Shown here: positions 51,809 through 63,162 of the stretch, piece by piece
Layout: every line of letters starts with the position of its first letter
Position numbering within the stretch: position 1 is the stretch's first letter
NCBI GenBank assembly: GCA_047495785.1
Contig: JBLDXI010000034.1
Span: 806,001 to 870,000 of the forward strand
DNA length: 64,000 nucleotides
Reading direction: 5' to 3'
DNA from: Lepidodermella squamata
Lineage: Eukaryota; Animalia; Gastrotricha
Notes under the pieces: model-generated
Databases searched by the model: none
Told to the model about the DNA's origin: nothing
Seen by the model: the letters and a program-made list of their open reading frames with translations, nothing else
Made by a program: the position numbers and the translations under genes

Positions 51809-54800
51809 ATGCAGTATTTATATGTGGCATTTCTCGCTCTTACTTACGGACAGAAAGTCCACGCCTCCAGTAGTTTATTAAAACGACATATTACAGGTTA
51901 ATCGTTAATCATACTGTTATTTTCAGCTCCATCTCCGCTGATTCCGGTATCAGGCTATGCGGCAAGTTACATCAGTGATTTGTCCCTGGCAGGCACTTTC
52001 ACTGAATCTCTATGCAATATTTCAGCGAACTGTCTACCCACAGCCTCGATCGCACCTGTGGTAGATGACGGGGGTTTCATCTTCAAGAAAGTAAGACCTT
52101 GATGTAGGCTATAGCTAGATGATATGCATTTCTCACTTCGAAGAGCGTCAATTCCGTATTCGAAAATTTCCGCCTTGAAGTGAACGCGCTTATTGCTGGA
52201 ATGGCTTTCACGGTGGACCATACTCTCGCAGTTTCCATGGTTCCATCTGAAGTATTTTCAACTGGCTGCACACGGGATAGTAACTGGTACGCCTGCCTTC
52301 GCGTCAGCAAGCTTCGAGGCGGAGCTTTCTACATTAAACCAAGTCAGAAAATCGCGTTTTTATACGGCGATGTTAGAGATCTAAGCAGCGATGCTCGAAC
52401 CCGTGACAAACTGGACCCGACCAACCTTGGTTGTTCATTCCCTTCTGATGATTTCGCAAACGCTGGCTTCATTGGCTCGAATTCTCTGTGGATCTACATC
52501 AATAAGATTGGCAGCAACTTTTCTGTCTCGTACGCGAAAGGTTCGACTCCTGCCAGCCCAGTTTATTGCTCGTCAATGAATGCCAGCTTTGCTTTCCCGC
52601 TCAATGAAGACCTGTTCCTAGCATTTTCAACTACAAAAGGCCTTCCGATGGCGTTTTATCAGGTGAATTTCTTTAAGCTGGAACTGGAATCTGCGTCAAG
52701 TAAGCCTGGACAAATTTTTCGTCCTAATTTCTACTCAGTTTTTAATTTCCTGTGTTGAAGCTTCTACTTCGACTATAATTCCGACAACAACAGGTCTGAA
52801 TTGTCACGGCATTTAATAATTATTAAAATATCGGATTTCTACCGGCAGGTTTCGCATCAAAGAGCTGCGTTGTCGGCGACCATCCTGTCGGTTAGATTAA
52901 ATTTCTTTGCGATAAACAGCTCGATACACACTCTGATGCTTTCCAGGCCCTAGCGGAACGTCGGTGTTTAAAATTGATGCTAGCAGCTATGCGTGCAAAA
53001 CAGAGTACGGCTACCCGTCCGATCGATATGTCGTCATCGGAGAAGTGTCTCATTCTAGCGACGGCGTAGCAATTTTTGGAGTTCTTGGGGACAATGCCAT
53101 TTATTCTCGATTGGTAATTGATAGTACTAATAAGTATGAACCCTACCACATGCCCATGCCAGGCTTCACCCTACCCTAAACCCATTTCTAACCAAAACAT
53201 CAACCTCAGTACTAAGGCCTTAATCCTAAACCTAAACCTAACCCTACGTCTAACATCAGCCTTAACCTTAATCCATACAACCTTCGAACAGCATTCAAAC
53301 CTAACCCCAACCCTACACCATTAGGGAATCTAGCTAAACTTTAACCTTGAACCCTAATCCTAGGCGCGAACCTAAATCTGATTATAATCTAACCTTAACT
53401 GTATCTCGAACATAACCTAGTTGACGGTCGCAATTCGGAACGTTACAACTTAAATTGGCGCTAAGAGTTCAAACCCTCTTGCGTTGTTTTGTTTTGATTG
53501 CTACTGTATTACAGGATTTGATAGCTCAGCAAAGTTTCATCGCCGATGTTTCCATTCGAGCAAGGGAAGGTTCATTTCGCAACGCATTCGGCGTCTACTT
53601 CGTACCCAGTAATCTATTGATTCAACCTCCCTGCTCAGGAGACCGTTCAACCTACCACATGTGCCTGAAAACTGCTGACATGATCGGTGTAGCTGTGGTA
53701 GTTCAGGTTTCGAAAGGGCGAATAGTTGCTTTTTCAACACCACCCGGCATGGCGCAACGCCTAGACGCTATAGGTTACCTTCCACCAAATTCTACTCAAA
53801 TGTGCCAACCAACGGCTTTCCCATCATTATTCGACCTCCGCCTAGTGATCGAGCGAGTCGAAGATACAGTTTACGTATATTATTCAATGTTGAATGACCC
53901 GTCTAAGCTGGATTTCTGCTGCAAAATAAATGGGATCTCAAGGCTGCTGTCTGACACAATTAGACCGGTAATCGCAGTTGGAACAGTGAATGAAACTCCA
54001 TTGGAAATTCGGAGCATCAAATTCTACGTCGGCAGTGACGCTACAACATCGACTACAACTGAGTCATCGTCAGTAAGATCTCAAACAGATCCCACTTCAT
54101 CGATTGCGAATCTTGGCGATGAAAGTCAAACTATGAAACAGGTGCTTTCGTCTATGGTTTCGCCGAACGGATTGGCTGAGCGTCCTACAGATGTTCTGAG
54201 AAAGCTGTATCCTGATTTTCCCCCTGACACATCGAAACCAACGCTCACTGCTTGGGAACTACTCCAGTATTGCGACGACTTCTCGGTAAATAGAACCGCC
54301 CCACCTAACAACGGACAGTCAACCAATGTTACGACTGTTTTCCTGATAGATCGCCTCGCAGGGATGGATGATGCGGGGGAGAAATTGTCAGTAGTTGGTC
54401 TTTATTTACAAAACTGGATAGTAAACACTTGCAAACTGCAGCAGAAACACATTTTCTCAGTAAGGAAGAAGGACCAATTGTATGCGGTTCATAAATCGAT
54501 TGTTTGGTCGCCTGATTTTCTATTCGAATCCAGCTCACATAATATATACATGAAAAGTGACGATTTCGACGAGGACATGGTTGCTCTACTGAAGAGAATT
54601 GGTTACAGTGGATTGAATATCGAGTTTTTCATGGTGAAGCAAGGTTTCTTTGCAACCGAATGCCCCCTTGACCTGTCGAGATTTCCATTTGACTCTCAGG
54701 CTTGTGATTTCACGTTTTTCCAGCAACAATCCGGGGACCTTGTGAATTACGAAGATGTTTTCTTTGTTTGCCCTGAACAAGGCTTCACTGAATGGCAATT

Positions 54801-55281
54801 CTCAGAATGTCAAACTGTTACGTCAATCGTTCGCCAATCAGGTCATGATGTTCTATCGGCGACTTTCCAGGCTAAAATCAGCCGGAAGTCTGCGTACTAC
54901 GTGGCGAATTCTATTTGCCCAAGTTTGCTACTGGCCCTTTTGGAGCTTGCAACTTTTGTCATGCCTTCGGATGAGCCTGATAGGCCGATGTTTGCTGTAA
55001 CGTTGCTGTTGGCTCTGACAGTTGCTATGTCTGATGTCTTGAGCCAGGTTCCCCACACCTCGAAGCGAATTTTCTTGAGTGATTACATTCTAGGGCTGGC
55101 TATGATTTCGGCTGCCATCACGTTGTACCACCTTTTCGCTTGTTTCCTAGCCAACAAAAGAGGCAAGGAGGAACAGGAAAACTCTGGGCTAATGAGAAAA
55201 ATCGACTTGGTTGCATTGGGTCTCGTAATGACAGCTTTTCTTGGACTTCAAGCGTTCGCAGTTAAATCCATCATTGGTTAG
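51809..55281 (+). CDS. Signal peptide + 2 lectin-like domains + Cys-loop channel (~929 aa, 7 exons)
   Basis: Exons 51809-51869, 51927-52090, 52144-52699, 52761-52793, 52849-52890, 52947-53113, 53515-55281 join in frame. WSPDF, CPLDLSRFPFDSQAC, M1-M4. Confidence 0.85.
53168..53420 (-). repeat. Degenerate telomere-like (CCCTAA)n tract in intron 6
   Basis: Runs of ccctaa/cctaaa/ccttaa hexamer variants. Confidence 0.7.
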
Positions 55282-55793
55282 CGACCTAAAATCGCTGAAC
55301 TCATTTTCGATTCGTTGTCTTATTCTTTGCTAGTTTGCTTAAATCAAAATTAGGGTGAAATAGCTTTCCCTTTTGTCAACATTTCCGACTCGTGTCATCT
55401 TTTGTAACGAAACAGCGGAAAATAAAATGTTGTTGATTAGGTCGATTAACAATAGGGTAGGATTGATGATTCATCAGCCTTGCCTTCAGATGGCATCTAC
55501 CCTAGGACGAATCTAGGAAATCAAATTAAAACAATTTTTATTCACGCTCGTGTCGAAAGATTTGATGGCGCGAAAAACAAGTTCCAGGTACGTCATCAAT
55601 ACAGATCAAACATCGCCGCGTCAGAACACTATTGCTACTACGGTCCAACTACAAACATTCAGTAAGTTCGAGTTTTGTTCATCCGTCATCAAAATTTCAC
55701 AATATGGGCCTGGACACGTTCACGAAAGCGGAAATTGTAAAACCGGCTCTGTCTATGTGATGATAAGCAGAAGCCAATCCTTCGCATTGCGCG

Positions 55794-58073
55794 ATGCTGC
55801 CTATTTATCTGAATTTTCTCCTTCTCGCTTTCTCACGAGAACTTCTGGCTGGTTTGTTTATTCTAAGTGGAGATTTCGATGATTATTATCAGAAAATTTC
55901 AGATACTCGTGTTGCAGTGCCAGGCTATTCGGCGACTTATATCCCCGATTTGTCACAATCAGGCACAATATCCCCTGATCTATGCAATGCTTCTACGAAT
56001 TGCGATTCGATGGGCTCAATTCAGGCGGCTAGTAAAGACGGAGGCTTCATCTTCAAGAAGGTATGAAGTTAGAAATTTTCTACTTTTGGTTTAACTGATG
56101 TCTTTAGAGTATAAATTCTGCGTTCTCAAATTTCCATCTTGAAGTTAACGGACTCTTCACGCAAACGGATTTCAATCTCTCACATACTTTCGCGGTTTCA
56201 TTGGTACCTTCTGAGGTATTTTCGACCAGTTGCCCCGAAACCAGTGGCTGGCATGCCTGCCTAAGGGTTAGCGCTCTTCGCGGTGGTGTTTTCTTCATCA
56301 AACCCAGTCAAAACATTTCATTTCTATTCGGAGATGTTACTGATCATGAAAGTAAAGCTAGCTCGATCGAAAAGTTGGAAGCAAACAGCTTGGGCTGCTC
56401 ATTCCCTGCTTACGAATTCGCAAATGACGTTTCCCTGAGTGGTGACCTATTTTGGATCTTTTTCGATAAAATCGGCAACAACTTCTCGGTTTCTTACGCC
56501 CGGGAATCGGATTCAGATAACATAATTCCGTGCTCTTCGATGAAAGTCGATTTAGCTTTTCCGCTCAATGAAGAGTTGTTTCTTGGTGTCTCTACCTCAA
56601 AAGGACTCCCCGTTAATATTTGGCAGGTTAATTTCTTCTCGCTGGAACCAGACTCGACATCAAGTAAGCTTAAAAAAATGATAAACAAATTTTAATTTCC
56701 CGCGACGTAGCTTCTACTTCAACTTCAACGCCAACAACCACAGGTTGGGATTTTGTTCTAATTTTGTTGATTAGAAAACGAATTCTCGAATTTGTTTAGC
56801 AGTTGAAGTATCGTCAACTGACCTTGGGCAATCTTCAACTAAACAAACAGCTACCTCGATATCCTCAATTTCAAACGTTACCTCAACGCCAACCTCAGGA
56901 ATATTGCCATTGGACGGCTCAAGTTTCAAAGGGGTAATTTCCGCCTCGGTTTCGTCGAAAGGACTAGCTAAGAATCCGAAAGAGGTACTTCGGAAGCTTT
57001 ATCCTGATTTCCCGCCTGATACATCGATTCCTGCGATCACTGCCAATGAGTTACTCCAGTATTGCGATGATTTCTCCGTTGAAAGAGCTGCTCCTCCGAA
57101 TGGAGGAAACTCAACTGAAGTCAACACAGTTTTCCTTATTGATCGTCTTGCTGGAATGGATAATGCTGGGGAGAGTCTGAGGATCAGTGGTCTCTATTTA
57201 CAGAACTGGATTGTGAATACCTGCAAACTGCAGCAGAAACACATCTTCTCAGTAAGGAAAAAGGATCGATTGTACGCGGTGGACAAATCAATTGTTTGGT
57301 GGCCTGATTTTCTTTTCGAATCTAGCTCGCGCGATATTTACATGCAAAGTGATGATTTCGACGAGGACATGGTAGCTTCACTGACGAGAGTTGGTTACAG
57401 CGGCTTGAAAATCGAGTTTTTCATAGTGAAGCAAGGCTTCTTTTTAACTGAATGCCCTCTCGATCTATCGAGATTTCCATTCGATTCTCAGATTTGTGAT
57501 TTTACCTTTTCGCAGAAACACCAAACTGGTCTTGTCGATTTTGGGGATGTTTTCTTTGTTTGTCCAGAGCACGGATCTACGGAATGGGAATTAACTGAAT
57601 GTCAGACCTCTGTATCAGTCATTCGCAAATCTGGCCACGATGTTTTGTCCGCTGCGTTCCGGGCGAAGATTAGTCGAAAGTCTGCGTACTACGTGGCGAA
57701 TTCTATCTGCCCAAGTTTGCTTCTGGCCCTACTGGAACTTGCGACTTTCGTCATGCCTTCGAGTGAACCTGATCGGCCAATGTTTGCTGTCACTTTGTTG
57801 CTTGCTCTGACTGTTGCCATGTCGAATGTCCTGAGTGAAGTTCCTCGAACTTCTCAGCGAATTTTCCTAAGCGATTACACTCTGGGTCTTACTATGATTT
57901 CGGCCGTCATTACGCTCTACCATCTTTTCGCTTGCTTTTTAGCCAACAAAGGTGCTAAAAAAGAGCGGGACGCTTGTGGCCTCATGAGGAAAATCGATTT
58001 GGTTGCATTCTCGCTGTCATTTGCATCGTTTGTTGGACTTCAAGGCTTTGCAGCTAAAACTGCCATGGGTTAG
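55794..58073 (+). CDS. Signal peptide + 1 lectin-like domain + Ser/Thr linker + Cys-loop channel (~691 aa, 5 exons)
   Basis: Exons 55794-55851, 55903-56060, 56108-56663, 56711-56743, 56803-58073 join in frame. WWPDF, CPLDLSRFPFDSQIC, M1-M4. Confidence 0.85.
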
Positions 58074-58655
58074 ATTGGTTTAACATTTTGATCGTCTTCA
58101 TTTTCTCTAAACATTGAGCCTACACTTGTGACTGTCATAATCGTTGCTAAAACAATATAGGCTCGCTATCAATATCGGCTTCTTCCTATTTACCTCCAAA
58201 TGTAATTAGAACCTCATCGTCATAATCCTAGCTCATTACCCGTTAACAAAACCACTGGCAGTTGCATGTTCGTTTCTAAGAATAAAATGTAAGCGTAATT
58301 ACTTGGTCTATGAAAGCACTTGGTCCTGATTCAAGGTACCAGCCTGAAATTGTAAAGCTATGCTCTTCTGTTTTGGAACGAATGGGAGCGTCTCTATGGA
58401 GGCCGTTTCATATTCGATTGCATCAACAATTATTTGACGGCAGAAACTAAGTTATGAAACTGCTCACGTCAATTCGCAGAAACACATTTTCATCGACAGC
58501 TAGACTTATTATTGACAGACTGCAGGCTCGTGGATCTCTATGATCCGTTTTTTTGGACTCTCTTCAATTCAAATATACGTTACGGATATTAAAACGGTCC
58601 GGGAGCCGATATAAAGTAAGCTCTGAAGTCATCCCCGTGCCATTTGTACATCGCG

Positions 58656-61088
58656 ATGCTGCATTTTCACCTGATATTACTAGCTCTATGGTACTTGAAC
58701 GAAGCCTATGCTGGTTGGTTTTTTTTCACTACCCACTTCGAGAATAATATGTAAATCTCTTTGCTTGTACTTTAAGATCAATCTCCGATCGCTTCAGTCC
58801 CCGGCTACTCAGCCACGTATGACGCCGATTTGTCTGCAATAGGCGCAATTCCTGACCAGTTTTGTAATTACTCCGCAAATTGTTTCGACAATGGGGTTAT
58901 CATGCCTGAAACTGAAGACGGAGGCTTCATCTTCAAGAAGGTAGATAATTTCACTTTACTGGCTATTTTTGGCTCATTTTTCTCACAGAGCATCAACTCC
59001 TCGTTCGAAAATTTCCACATCGAAGTCAACGCTCTCTTTGGCGTGAATAGTTTCGAACTACCCAACACATTTGCGATTTCTTTGGTACCAGCCGAAGTAT
59101 TTTCCATAAGCTGTCCCAGTGAGTGGCATGCTTGTCTACGGGTTGGCGCACTTCGGGGAGCGGTTTTCTTCATCAAACCAAGTCAGAAAATTGCGTTTCT
59201 ATACGGCGATGTTAAGGATCACAGCAATGATGTTAAAGACCGAACCCAGCTGGACACATCTAGCCTCGGTTGTTCATTTCCAACTGACGACTATGCTAAT
59301 TCCGATTTTTATGCACCCGATGTCAAATCCTTCTGGATTAGCATCAACAAGCTAGGCAACAATTTTTCTGTGTCTTACTTCCCAGAATCAGATGTGAACG
59401 CTGTGACGTACTGTTCATCGATGCAGGCGAACCTGGCTTTGCCGTCTGCTGAGGAATTGTTCTTAGCCTTCTCGAGTACGCAAAATTTGTCGGTGATGTA
59501 TCGGCAGATAGGTTTCTACACGTTGGAATTGGAAACTACCTCAAGTAAGCCAACTCAATATATGAACAACGAAAATATCGCTTAATTTCCGTTTTGGAAG
59601 CTTCCACATCAACACCGGTGCAAACAACCACAGGTTTGGATCACCACGCATCATCATTGCAAACAAAATGTTAAATTTTCAACAGTCGATTTCGCGGCGA
59701 AGAGCTGCGCAGTTGGAGACCAGCCTATAGGTTAGCTTCAACTCGGTAATAATTTTCAAATCGATACACTGCAAATTTGATCTAGGCCCGAGTAGATCTT
59801 TTCAAATCGATCGCAGCAGCTACTCTTGCAACATTGACTTCGGCTATCCGTATCCGCAATATTTCTTCGCTGGGAATCCTTATTTGAACAACGGAGTAAA
59901 CACAATGGGCTACAACGAGGACAACGCTTTATACTCGAGAACGGTATGCTTCATGAAATTATTTCAACGCTACTCAATAATGAATGATGAATAGCGTGTA
60001 AATGTTAACATACCATTGAGCTCGGTGTGCGACGTGCATGGGGATGTCTATCTTAGGGGGAGCCACAAGCCACATCTTATCACTCAGCACAACAGGTTCA
60101 GGCAAGAAATCCTGACAAAAACCATAGAGGAATCCCAAGGTTCAAAAAGGGACCAAAAAGGTTCCAAAAAGGGTTCCCTAGGTCCTTTGGGAATCCCAAG
60201 GTCCAAGGATTTATGGCTAGTTTAGTACCCCTCACGTATTTGGCACTTAGGGTTAGGGTTAGGAATCTAAGCCAAGAGTTAGGTTCAGCGTTAGGGTTAG
60301 CAATCTAAGCAGTGGGTTAGGTTCAGGGTTAGGTTTGGGGATTTGGTTGGGATTAGCGTTTGGTTTAACTAAAGGTTGAGGTTAAGATCCTATTTACTTT
60401 TAGGGTTAAGGTTAGGGTTAAGGTTCGGTTTCGAGTTCGGGTTCGGCTTTGGCTTAGATATAGGCAAGTGACAGGGTAATTCGTAAAATGATGCAGCTTT
60501 TAACGCATGAAAAGGTTTCCCAAGTCAGAAGACTGAAGAGTGAAACCGACATTAAAATTCTTCGCTGCTTTTATTTGAAAGGATTTGAGGATTGACGAGA
60601 AAGGGTTCATCGTTGATGTATCGCTGCGTGTCCTCGCCAATGCAAATCGCAATGCATTCGGTTTCTTCTTAGCACCATCCGACACATTGACAACAAGTAC
60701 TTGCACAATGGATTGCCCAACGCACTGCATGTGCCTGACCACATTGAATATCCTTGGTCTTGCTGTGGTCGTACAGGTATCGTCAGGCCGGATCGTCGCT
60801 TTCGCAACACAAGCAACTAGGAGGCAAAGTTTCGATCCCGTGAATTACGTGCCAACAAACCCGTCCGAGAAATGCACCCAGAGTTTTTCCGCGGCGGATT
60901 TTGAAATGCGTTTAGTCATCGAGCGTATCGGGGATACAGCGTATCTCTCGTATTTCGTATTCGACCTCTACTGATCCGAACCAGCTGACGCCTTGCCTCA
61001 GTATAACCGGCTTCTCGGAATTTCTAACTAGTACAATCATATCTGAGCGGAAGGTTATAATTGGAACACTGAAAAACACCCCCGTGGT
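58656..61088 (+). pseudogene. Lectin-like/channel family paralog with 2 lectin-like domains, frameshifted and truncated before the channel
   Basis: Exons 58656-58713 (MLHFHLILLALWYLNEAYAG), 58777-58940, 58989-59544, 59601-59633, 59686-59730, 59786-59943, 60582 onward. A 7-bp duplication TCGTATT at 60948-60961 shifts the frame; homology (..IGTLKNTPV) ends at the MITE at 61089. Confidence 0.8.
60247..60460 (+). repeat. Degenerate telomere-like (TTAGGG)n tract in intron 6
   Basis: ttagggttagggttagg, gttagg, ttcggg hexamer variants, preceded by a ccaaaaagg-type low-complexity tract at ~60130-60210. Confidence 0.7.
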
Positions 61089-61400
61089 CAGTGTGGTATA
61101 CGGTTATAACCACGGTTTTAACTAGCCGATTATAACCGAGTTTTAGTGGTAAATGGTGCTTTACTTTAATCGCACAGCTATGATTCATATTATTGCTTGT
61201 TGTTTTTTTTTGCATTTTTTTGCTGCGCTGCTTTCAGTAAGCTAATGAGTGAGTCTTCTAGTGTAAATTATGAATAAAAACAACTCTTTTCGATAACTTT
61301 TGATCAGGTTTAGTCAAAACTGGTTGAAACCGCGGTTTTAACTGAGTTAAAACCAAAAGTTGGTTAATTCCGAATTAACCTAGGTCAATATACCACACTG
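61089..61400. mobile_element. hAT-like MITE (312 bp)
   Basis: Perfect 12-bp TIRs CAGTGTGGTATA (61089-61100) / TATACCACACTG (61389-61400), subterminal ggtt..aacc repeats, no ORF, no matching TSD. Confidence 0.7.
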
Positions 61401-61580
61401 GACATAATATAAAATTGAACTGTTAAATTAAATGAAAGGAGTTCGCTCGCTATAAAAATGATCCGATTTATTATTCATTGCTTCTCTAATGGCTTCAGAT
61501 GTGAACTCGACACATGTGAATTTGTTGATATCAGAGGCGCTACTTCTTGCATTCTATAGTAATGTTTATGCTCTAAGTTT

Positions 61581-63162
61581 TCACCTGCTGTGTTGAAATA
61601 CCATACAAAACTCGGCGCATGAAAAAACTATTTTTGCTACGTTGTTGTCGAGAAGTGACTCGGTCGAATTTTCTTGGTATGTAACAGTGCGGCGCTGGGC
61701 TATTATGACTTCACCAGCGCGAAAATTTGCGAAAATTGTGACCAGATTAATGCTCGACGGCTGGCTATTTCGACTTTTCCCGCTCGAGTATTTCGATAGT
61801 CTTGCGCTTGTCATCAGCATTGCATTAACACTTGCATTGCAGTTCTGAGCCCAATGCAAGGCTGTCCTTTTACGGCAATCTACGGCAATCGATGTTAGCT
61901 CTTGATTTCGTGAGGAGAATTTCAGTTACATCATGATGGCCATTGTATGAGGCTGCCATCAACGGCGTCGCGCCATCCTTACATGCAGCATTCATGTTGG
62001 CGTTAAATTGGCTAGCTAGTGCCTCTACCACCTCGGCGTGGCCACTCTCGGCAGCGATGTACAGTGGTGTCGCGCCACATTTATCCGCCGATTCCACGTT
62101 CGCCTTGAACTCGCCAGCCAACATCCTCACCATTTCGAGGTGGCCATTCTGAGCTGCGACGTGGAGTGGCGTAACACCATCACTGGCAGCAGAATTAACA
62201 TCGGCTTTGAACTCGCTAGCCAACATCCTCACCACCTCGGTGTGGCCATTCTGGGCGGCGACGTTGAGTGGCGTACAGCCATCTTTTTCCGCAATATTAA
62301 CATCGGCTTTGAACTCGCCAGCCAACATCCTCATCAACTCGACGTGGCCATGCTGAGCTGCGACACACAGTGGCGTAACGCCATTATCGGCGGCAGAATT
62401 AACATCGGCCTTGACCTCGCTATCCAATATTCTCACCACCTCGGTGTGGCCATTCTGGGCGGCGACGTGGAGTGGCGTACAGCCATTATTGGTGGCAGAA
62501 TTAACATTGGCCTTGAACTCGCTAGCAAAAATCCTCACCACCTCGGAGTGGCCATTTTGGGCGGCAACGTACAGTGGCGTACAGCCACCTTTTTCCGCAA
62601 TATTAACATCGGCTTTGAACTCGCCAGCCAACATCCTCACCATTTCGAGGTGGCCATTCTGAGCTGCGACGTGGAGTGGCGTAACACCATCACTGGCGGC
62701 AGAATTAACATCGGCTTTGAACTCGCTAGCCAACATTCTCACTACCTCGGTGTGGCCATTCTGAGCGGCGACGTACAGTGGCGTACAGCCATTATCGGCG
62801 GCAGAATTAACATCGGCTTTGAACTCGCTAGCCAACATTCTCACTACCTCGGTGTGGCCATTCTGAGCGGCGACGTACAGTGGCGTACAGCCATTATCGG
62901 CGGCAGAATTAACATCGGCTATGAACTCGCTAGTCAACATCCTCACCATCCCAACATCGCGACTGAAGGCGGCGATCAACAGTGGCGTTGTTCCATTTGC
63001 ATTACAAACTTCAACGTCTGCCTCAAATTGCCTGGCCAGTGTTTCCACAACATCGATGTAGCCTTCCCTAGCAGCAAGCAACAGCAGAGAAAACCCTTCT
63101 TCGTCGTTGCAGTCAGGGCTAAGACCGAGATCCCTGTTCGACATTAGCTGCGCCAATTTCAA
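61581..63162 (-). CDS. Ankyrin-repeat protein (about 12 tandem 34-aa repeats plus a 13th beyond a +1 frameshift at ~61881); probable extra upstream exons
   Basis: Repeated ADVNSAADNGCTPLYVAAQNGHTEVVRMLASEFK. ORF 61870-63162 stops at NIDCRRLP*, and the motif KRTALHWA continues in the frame of ORF 61581-61859. Confidence 0.8.

Larger units (their letters stand above)
34974..52864 (+). repeat. Segmental duplication copy B (homologous to 1-18475)
   Basis: Colinear with 1-18475 and continues normally into the rest of the gene at 51809-55281. Confidence 0.95.

Noticed and set aside
62038-63147. 369-aa + strand ORF with repeats
   Set aside because: Antisense shadow of the tandem ankyrin exon; a stop-free repeat unit propagates the open frame.
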